Positions 58,538 to 64,000 of a stretch of 64,000 bases of DNA are shown here, in pieces. The translations under genes were made by a program, and so were the position numbers. A model generated the notes under the pieces. That model saw nothing but the letters and a program-made list of their open reading frames with translations. It had not been told where the DNA came from and did not search any database. The stretch comes from Chloroflexota bacterium (lineage in GTDB: Bacteria; Chloroflexota; Anaerolineae; JAAEKA01), in contig JAKQCW010000129.1 of the NCBI GenBank assembly GCA_029558955.1, positions 104-64,103 of the forward strand, given 5' to 3'. The first letter of the stretch is position 1, and each line of letters opens with the position of its first letter.

Positions 58538-60721
58538 ATGACCGCTACGACACCCCCGCTGTTTCCCGGCGCCAAGGCCAAGCCGCGGCCTTCGGTGCGC
58601 TCCCGCCTGCTGCTGCTGGCTCTGGGCGCGCTTTTTGTCGTCGGTACCACGCTGGCGCTGGTGGTGCAGTGGCCGCCCATGGGGCAGTACACGCTGCAAG
58701 TGGGGGACGTCAGTCCCGCGGATATCCGTTCTCCCCAGTTCATCGAATATCTGAGCGAGGTCTTGACCGAAGAGGCGCGCGTCCAGGCCGAGCGGCGGGT
58801 AGCCGATGTCTATGAGCCGGTGCGCCGGGTGCGCAGCGAACAGATCGCGCGCGCCGGCGAGGTGACGGCGCTGCTCACCGAGCAGCGCGCCGACGAGAAC
58901 GCCGCACTGGAGCAGAAAATCCAGACTCTCAGCAGCCTGCCTGATGTACACTTGGAGCCGGAGGAGTGGCAGGCGCTGCTGACGCTGAACGATGAAGCCT
59001 GGCAGCGGGTGGCCAACGAGGTGCCCCGGGTGCTCAGCTTCGTCATGTTGAGCGAGATTCGCGACAGCCAACTGGGTGCCATCCGCCGTCAGGTGCCTTC
59101 TTTCGTGGACCTGGTCGATGACGGGGAGGCGCGGCTGGTCATCGCCCTGGTGCGCGCGCTCACCAAGCCCAACACGATCCTCAATCAGGAGCGCACCGAC
59201 GCGCTGCGCGCCGAGGCGCGCGCGGCCGTCTCGCCGCAGATCGAGCGCTACGAGGAGGGAGAGATCATCATTCGCACCGGCGACCTGGTGACGGCGCGCC
59301 ACATCGAAGCCTTGCAGGCGCTGGGGCTGAACCAGCCCAAGTGGGAATGGTGGCGGCTGGCCACGGCGGTGATGATCGCCTGCGTGCTGGCGGCGCTCTT
59401 TGGCCTCTACGCGCTCAGCCCCAATACCTCCGAGGCGCTGGCGGTCAAAGACCTGGGGCTGCTGGTGGCCCTGCTGCTGGCCTTTCTCCTTCTGGCCAAG
59501 TTCATGATCCCCGGCCGCACGGTGCTGCCCTACCTTTTCCCCCTGGCCGCGGCCACCATGCTGGTCGGCACCCTGCTCAGCCTGCCCATGGCGCTGTTGA
59601 CCGCGGTCTATTTCGGCGTGATGATCGCGTATCTCAGCGGCGGTAACGTGGATCTGGTGGTCTACTCCATGTTGACCGGGCTGGTGGGAACCCTGGCGCT
59701 GCGCCGGGGGGAACGCATCAGCGCCTTTGGCGCGGCCGGCGCGGCGGTCAGCGCGGTCAGTCTGGTGCTGCTGTGGGCTTTCAACCTGCCCCTCAGCCGC
59801 AGCGTCGACCTGACCGGCGCCATCCAGTTGACCATCGCCAGCCTGGCCAACGGCGCGGTGGCGGCCAGCATCACGCTGATCGGCTTCTACCTGCTGGGCG
59901 CCATCTTTGACATTGCCACGCCGCTGCGTCTGATGGAGCTGGCCCGCCCCAACCATCCCCTGCTGCGCGAGCTGGTCACCAAGGCCCCGGGCACCTACCA
60001 TCATTCGCTGCTGGTCAGCAACCTGGCCGAGCAGGCGGCCGAGGCCATCGGCGCCGACGCGTTCCTCACGCGGGTGGGTGCATACTATCACGACGTCGGC
60101 AAGATCAACCGCCCCTACTTCTTCGTGGAAAACCGCATGCAGGGCATCGACCCGCACAGCCAGCTCGACCCTTGGTCCAGCGCCAGGATCATCATCAACC
60201 ACGTCAAGGATGGCGACGAGATGGCGCGCCGCCACAAATTGCCCCATCGGGTGCGTGATTTCATCCTGGAGCATCAGGGCACAGGCCTGGTGCGCGTCTT
60301 CTATCATGAGGCGCAGAAGGCGGCCGCGCCAACGCCGGTGGATGAAAAGGATTTTCGCTATCCCGGGCCCCGGCCCAACAGCCGCGAGACCGCGCTGGTC
60401 ATGCTGGCCGACAGTTGCGAGAGCGCCGTGCGCGCTGTGCGCCCGGAAACCCAGGCCGCCATCGATGAGCTGGTGCGCAAGATCATCAACCAAAAGCTGG
60501 TCGAAGGGGAATTGTCGCAGTCTCCCCTTACCCTCAGCGACCTGGAGACCACCCGGCGTATCTTCGTTCAGTCGCTGCAAGGCGCGCACCATGCCCGAAT
60601 CGTCTATCCCGAGGCTGCCGCGCCCGCGCCGCCGGTGGCCGGCGCTGAAACCCCCAAACCCACGCAGATCCCGGAGCCAAAGCAAGATGACGCCCCCCGA
60701 TCCCAGTCTGCCGCTGCATAA
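58538..60721 (+). CDS. 7TM-HD family phosphohydrolase (PgpH/YqfF-like)
   Basis: APGTYHHS, YYHDVGK, FVEN, EHQGT, FRYPGPRP, MLADSCE. Confidence 0.9.
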   Translation: MTATTPPLFPGAKAKPRPSVRSRLLLLALGALFVVGTTLALVVQWPPMGQYTLQVGDVSPADIRSPQFIEYLSEVLTEEARVQAERRVADVYEPVRRVRSEQIARAGEVTALLTEQRADENAALEQKIQTLSSLPDVHLEPEEWQALLTLNDEAWQRVANEVPRVLSFVMLSEIRDSQLGAIRRQVPSFVDLVDDGEARLVIALVRALTKPNTILNQERTDALRAEARAAVSPQIERYEEGEIIIRTGDLVTARHIEALQALGLNQPKWEWWRLATAVMIACVLAALFGLYALSPNTSEALAVKDLGLLVALLLAFLLLAKFMIPGRTVLPYLFPLAAATMLVGTLLSLPMALLTAVYFGVMIAYLSGGNVDLVVYSMLTGLVGTLALRRGERISAFGAAGAAVSAVSLVLLWAFNLPLSRSVDLTGAIQLTIASLANGAVAASITLIGFYLLGAIFDIATPLRLMELARPNHPLLRELVTKAPGTYHHSLLVSNLAEQAAEAIGADAFLTRVGAYYHDVGKINRPYFFVENRMQGIDPHSQLDPWSSARIIINHVKDGDEMARRHKLPHRVRDFILEHQGTGLVRVFYHEAQKAAAPTPVDEKDFRYPGPRPNSRETALVMLADSCESAVRAVRPETQAAIDELVRKIINQKLVEGELSQSPLTLSDLETTRRIFVQSLQGAHHARIVYPEAAAPAPPVAGAETPKPTQIPEPKQDDAPRSQSAAA

Positions 60722-61181
60722 CATCGACTTGCAGATCGATCCCGCCTATGAGCGCGAAACCCCTGCCCAACGGCTGCGCCAACTGGCCGCGGCCGCCTTG
60801 CAGCGGTGCGGCGCAGCCGACGGCGAAGTCTCGCTGGTCATCGGCGACGATGAGCTGCTGCTCCAATTGAACCAGACCTACCGCGGCATCGACGCGCCCA
60901 CCGACGTGCTCTCCTTCGCCGCGCGTGAGGAAGGGGAGGGGGCCGAACCATTCGTGACCGCGCCGGAGATGCTCAACTACCTGGGCGATGTGATCATCTC
61001 CTTCCCCACTGCCCAACGCCAGGCCGCGGCCGCCGGCCACAGCGTGGGGGACGAGCTCAGCCTGCTGGCCGTTCATGGCGTCCTGCACCTGCTGGGCTAC
61101 GACCATGCCAACCCCGATGAGGAGGCTGCCATGTGGCAGCTCCAGGCAGAAATCCTCGCCTCGCTTCCCTCGGCCGCATGA
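60687..61181 (+). CDS. ybeY: rRNA maturation endoribonuclease YbeY
   Basis: [33 protein letters not shown]. Confidence 0.95.
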   Translation: MTPPDPSLPLHNIDLQIDPAYERETPAQRLRQLAAAALQRCGAADGEVSLVIGDDELLLQLNQTYRGIDAPTDVLSFAAREEGEGAEPFVTAPEMLNYLGDVIISFPTAQRQAAAAGHSVGDELSLLAVHGVLHLLGYDHANPDEEAAMWQLQAEILASLPSAA

Positions 61182-61546
61182 AAAGCCGCAACCGCTGGCA
61201 CTCCTTCACCGCCGCCCTGCACGGCATGGTCTACACCGTCCGCACGCAGCGCAACACCTGGATCGAACTGACCGCGGCGCTGGTGGTGATCGGCGCCGGC
61301 CTTTGGCTGCGCGTCCAGCCGCTGGAATGGGCCGTGTTGGCGCTCACCATCGCGGTCATCCTGGCGCTGGAGGCGGTCAACAGCGCGATCGAGGCGCTGG
61401 TCGATCTCGTCTCCCCCGACTATCACGAGCTGGCGCGCATCGCCAAGGACTGCGCGGCCGGCGCGCTGCTCTTCGCCGTGCTGGGGGCCTTGGGGGTGGC
61501 GGCCGCCATCTTCGGCCCCCCCCTGGCCCAGATGCTCAGCCGCTAA
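61178..61546 (+). CDS. dgkA: Diacylglycerol/undecaprenol kinase
   Basis: [25 protein letters not shown]. Confidence 0.92.
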   Translation: MKSRNRWHSFTAALHGMVYTVRTQRNTWIELTAALVVIGAGLWLRVQPLEWAVLALTIAVILALEAVNSAIEALVDLVSPDYHELARIAKDCAAGALLFAVLGALGVAAAIFGPPLAQMLSR

Positions 61547-61574
61547 CGCAAAAACTTCTCCCGGCAGCGCACCA

Positions 61575-61642
61575 ACCGCTGGTTGAGTAGGCCGCCGTAC
61601 CGAAACCAGCCGTTGGTTGAGTAGGCCGCCGTATCGAAACCA
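61575..61642. repeat. Two tandem REP-like units between convergent genes
   Basis: TGGTTGAGTAGGCCGCCGTA[CT]CGAAACCA twice; a related copy lies at 23880-23913. Confidence 0.8.
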
Positions 61643-61667
61643 ACGGCGGGCGCCGCGCTGGCCAAGG

Positions 61668-62069
61668 TTATCGGATCGCCGCGCCGGCCGCCTTCCCGAC
61701 CGGGCCGCCCTGCTGCGCCGGCGACCATGCCAATCTTTGGGCGGCCGGGGCCGGCGTCGGCCGCGCCGGCCGGCGCTGACGGCGCGGCAGGGGGAAGCGC
61801 GCGGCCGAACCAGATCTGGGACGGGGCAGCAGCAGCGTCAACGGCCAGCGGCTGAGCTGCCAGGAATCGTCCCCTACCGACTGCGCCAGCACGAAAACGC
61901 CGTCAGCGCAGCGCACCCGGAACAGGCGGCGCGCGGCCGGGCGTCGCTCCAGCCAGCACTTCTCCACCGCCAACACGTCGAAACGCCGGCCGCGCCAGCG
62001 AAAGGCCGCTGGAAAGTAGCCGTGGCTGCGTCCCAGCAGGTTGATCTGTTCACTCTTGCCGATCTGCAT
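61668..62069 (-). CDS. Stand-alone DUF6504 / ImuB-C-terminal-like protein
   Basis: PAAFRWRGRRFDV.AV..CW...RRLFRV....G.F.L......W.L pattern; AGGAG SD. Confidence 0.75.
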   Translation of the reverse strand: MQIGKSEQINLLGRSHGYFPAAFRWRGRRFDVLAVEKCWLERRPAARRLFRVRCADGVFVLAQSVGDDSWQLSRWPLTLLLPRPRSGSAARFPLPRRQRRPARPTPAPAAQRLAWSPAQQGGPVGKAAGAAIR

Positions 62070-62084
62070 GATTCATCTCCTGTG

Positions 62085-62489
62085 TCATTCCCAAGGCTGG
62101 GGTTCGACCTCGTCCAGCCAGTACTCGGCGTCGCCGACCACCTTGTAACGGCGCGCCGGTTCAGCCATGAAATAGGCGCCGTGCGGCTGGGGCAGGACGG
62201 GCTGGGCGCCTGCTCCTGGGCCGGCCAGCCCTGGCATCTGGCCCGGGCTGACCACATAGATCTGCGGCGCGGGCGGGCTGGGCTGGTAGTCATCGCGGCG
62301 GTAGGGGGGCTCATGGCGCCGGCTGCCGCGTGCAGCCAGGGCGATCAACAAACTGGTCGGGATGCTGGCGGCCACACCGAAGACCACGCCGGCCATGACG
62401 GCCATGGCGTCGGTGCTCAGGCGTTGTCCAATGATGACGGCCAGGGTGACGATGCCGGCCAGCAGCATGAATGCAAACAAACGTCGCAT
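62085..62489 (-). CDS. Small two-TM membrane protein with Pro/Gln-rich tail
   Basis: Two hydrophobic segments, then PPAPQIYVV...RRYKVVG; GAGGAG SD. Confidence 0.8.
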   Translation of the reverse strand: MRRLFAFMLLAGIVTLAVIIGQRLSTDAMAVMAGVVFGVAASIPTSLLIALAARGSRRHEPPYRRDDYQPSPPAPQIYVVSPGQMPGLAGPGAGAQPVLPQPHGAYFMAEPARRYKVVGDAEYWLDEVEPQPWE

Positions 62490-62506
62490 GGGAGGCGCTC
62501 CTCGGT

Positions 62507-63559
62507 TTAGCTGGACGACGGCGTCTCGATGGCGCCGGCCAGTGGGTGATCGCACTGCCCGCGCAGTTGCTGCGCGGTTTGGGTCAGCTCTTCCTCGGCG
62601 GTGTAGGCTGCTTGGAAGCGCAGCACCTCCCCCTTGGCCACCAGCAGGAAATCGCCGCGCCCCAGCAGCTTCTCGGCCCCGGTGGCGGCGATGCCCGAGG
62701 CCACCTTGGCATCCTCCGGGCTGGAGACCGCACCCACCAGCCGGACGGGGAAGTTGGCCTTCAACAGCCCGCTGACCAGCTCGGCCGAGGGCTTCTGGGT
62801 GCAGGCCACCAGGTGGATGCCCGCTTCCCGGCCGCGTTGCGCCAGCCGGATCAGCGCGGTCTCCACCACCTTGCCGCCGGTGACCAGCAGATCGGCCAGC
62901 TCATCCACAGCAGCTACGATGGTTGGGCTGCTGACGCCGGCCGCGTCGCGGCGCTCCATCTCCTTCACCAGCCAGACCAGCGCCTTGCTGCCGCTCTCCG
63001 AGCCGGCCGCCACCCGGCCGATGACGTGAGGCAGGCCGGCCAGCGGCTGGAAGCCACGGCCTTTCGGGTCGATCAACGCCAGCCGCAGGGTGTCGGGGGA
63101 GTTGTAGAAGGCCAGGGAGAGCAACAGCGAGCGCGTCAGCGCAGTCTTGCCAGAGCCGGTGGCGCCGGCCACCAACACATGCACCACGTCCGGGCTGGGC
63201 AGCCGCAGCAGCAGAGGCGTTCCCTCTTCATCCAGCCCCAGCACAGCGGTCAGCGGCGGCGCCTGGCCGATGCGCTGGCAGAGGGGCAGCAGGCGCACCG
63301 TCTCCGGCCGCTCGCGCGGCACCTCCACCTGGATGGCGCCGTTCTGGCGATAGACGCGCGCCGAGCGTACCCCCAGGGAGAGCGCGATCTCCTCCGACAG
63401 GCTGGATACCTTGTTGACGCGGGTGCCGGTGGCTGTGGTGACCTGGAAGCGGATGAAGCGGGGGGTGATGGTGGCGCCCCAGACCCGGCCAGGGACCCGG
63501 TGTGACGCCAGCACAGCTTCGATCCGATCTGATTGCGTTTCTAGTTGCCGCCTGCGCAT
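62507..63559 (-). CDS. FtsK/SpoIIIE-family ATPase, motor (alpha+beta) domains only, 350 aa
   Basis: Alpha domain (EIALSLG...IQVEVP), HVLVAGATGSGKT, LIDPK, VDELADL, GREAGIHL...TQKP, GAEKLLGRGD; no TM or gamma domain. Confidence 0.92.
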   Translation of the reverse strand: MRRRQLETQSDRIEAVLASHRVPGRVWGATITPRFIRFQVTTATGTRVNKVSSLSEEIALSLGVRSARVYRQNGAIQVEVPRERPETVRLLPLCQRIGQAPPLTAVLGLDEEGTPLLLRLPSPDVVHVLVAGATGSGKTALTRSLLLSLAFYNSPDTLRLALIDPKGRGFQPLAGLPHVIGRVAAGSESGSKALVWLVKEMERRDAAGVSSPTIVAAVDELADLLVTGGKVVETALIRLAQRGREAGIHLVACTQKPSAELVSGLLKANFPVRLVGAVSSPEDAKVASGIAATGAEKLLGRGDFLLVAKGEVLRFQAAYTAEEELTQTAQQLRGQCDHPLAGAIETPSSS

Positions 63560-63670
63560 AGGGAACTCCTGGTGTAAGGCCAGTTGCTCTACGGGGCAGC
63601 GCGCCGCATCTGATACTCCTGTTGTGCCACAGCTAATCCAGGTTCCTGCCACCCAGCAAAAATAAGAATA

Positions 63671-63682
63671 GAACGTTTGTTC
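63671..63682. promoter_or_regulatory. LexA (SOS) box, Gram-positive type
   Basis: GAAC-GTTT-GTTC, exact GAAC-N4-GTTC, at the predicted transcription start. Confidence 0.85.
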
Positions 63683-63689
63683 TGATGCG

Positions 63690-63718
63690 ATTATACCAGA
63701 ACAAATGTTTCATGTCAA
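63690..63718 (-). promoter_or_regulatory. Consensus sigma70 promoter with a second LexA box in the spacer
   Basis: TTGACA-17-TATAAT with TG extension; GAAC-AAAT-GTTT at 63699-63710. Confidence 0.88.
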
Positions 63719-63947
63719 GGGGCGAATCAGTCGGAATTCCTGAACGAATCAGCCCCGCGGGACACCCGGTCTGCGGGGTGGCTCGGTCAGGAGACCGGCC
63801 ACAGCGTCGGGGTGGCGACCAGGATCGCCAGCGTACCGAGATCACGCGCGGCGGGGGCGGTCTCGGTACGTTGACGGCGCGTGACTTCATGGACGCGCTG
63901 TCACCTCATGCCGCTACTCGACCACCGGAGCGGAGGCAACGGGGGCG

Positions 63948-63990
63948 AAAAAACACTCCCGGCGGGCCACGGCCCGCCGGGAGTGTTTTC
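63948..63990 (-). terminator. Intrinsic terminator, possibly bidirectional
   Basis: AAAACACTCCCGGCGGGCC-AC-GGCCCGCCGGGAGTGTTTT; T6 tract on the minus strand. Confidence 0.85.
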
Positions 63991-64000
63991 AGGCTGCGAC

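Noticed and set aside
62507-63559. Housekeeping ftsK or an ICE coupling protein
   Set aside because: Lacks TM and gamma domains; no relaxase, integrase or T4SS genes in the window; SOS-type promoter instead

Overview
High-GC chromosomal window. Gene content (clustered GT-C membrane proteins, Gram-positive-type LexA boxes, heptamer and REP-like repeats) suggests a Chloroflexota bacterium, probably Anaerolineae/Caldilineae-like; this is inference. Core and accessory genes: acyl-CoA carboxylase operon, a PHP-Schlafen(AlbA_2) multidomain protein next to a HIT hydrolase, radC, a GT-C/GT2 glycosylation cluster interrupted by an Rpn nuclease, two moeA paralogues, ggt, UDG, a Zn-metalloprotease, pepF, a HigBA-type TA pair, hbd/ldh, a CarH-like regulator, a two-component system, yitJ, an ABC-2 exporter, an rfbAB/wzz/kinase/GT polysaccharide cluster, and yqeY-pgpH-ybeY-dgkA. 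Best candidate for a new system: a three-gene operon at 61668-63718 (motor-only FtsK ATPase, small membrane protein, stand-alone DUF6504/ImuB-C-like protein) under a consensus sigma70 promoter overlaid by two LexA boxes. Other highlights: a nested antitoxin start inside rpn, a ~125-codon in-frame REP insertion in moeA, a terminator in the leader of the polysaccharide operon, and an IS-remnant hybrid promoter. No rRNA, tRNA or CRISPR array was seen. All calls come from motif recognition by eye; no database searches were run.
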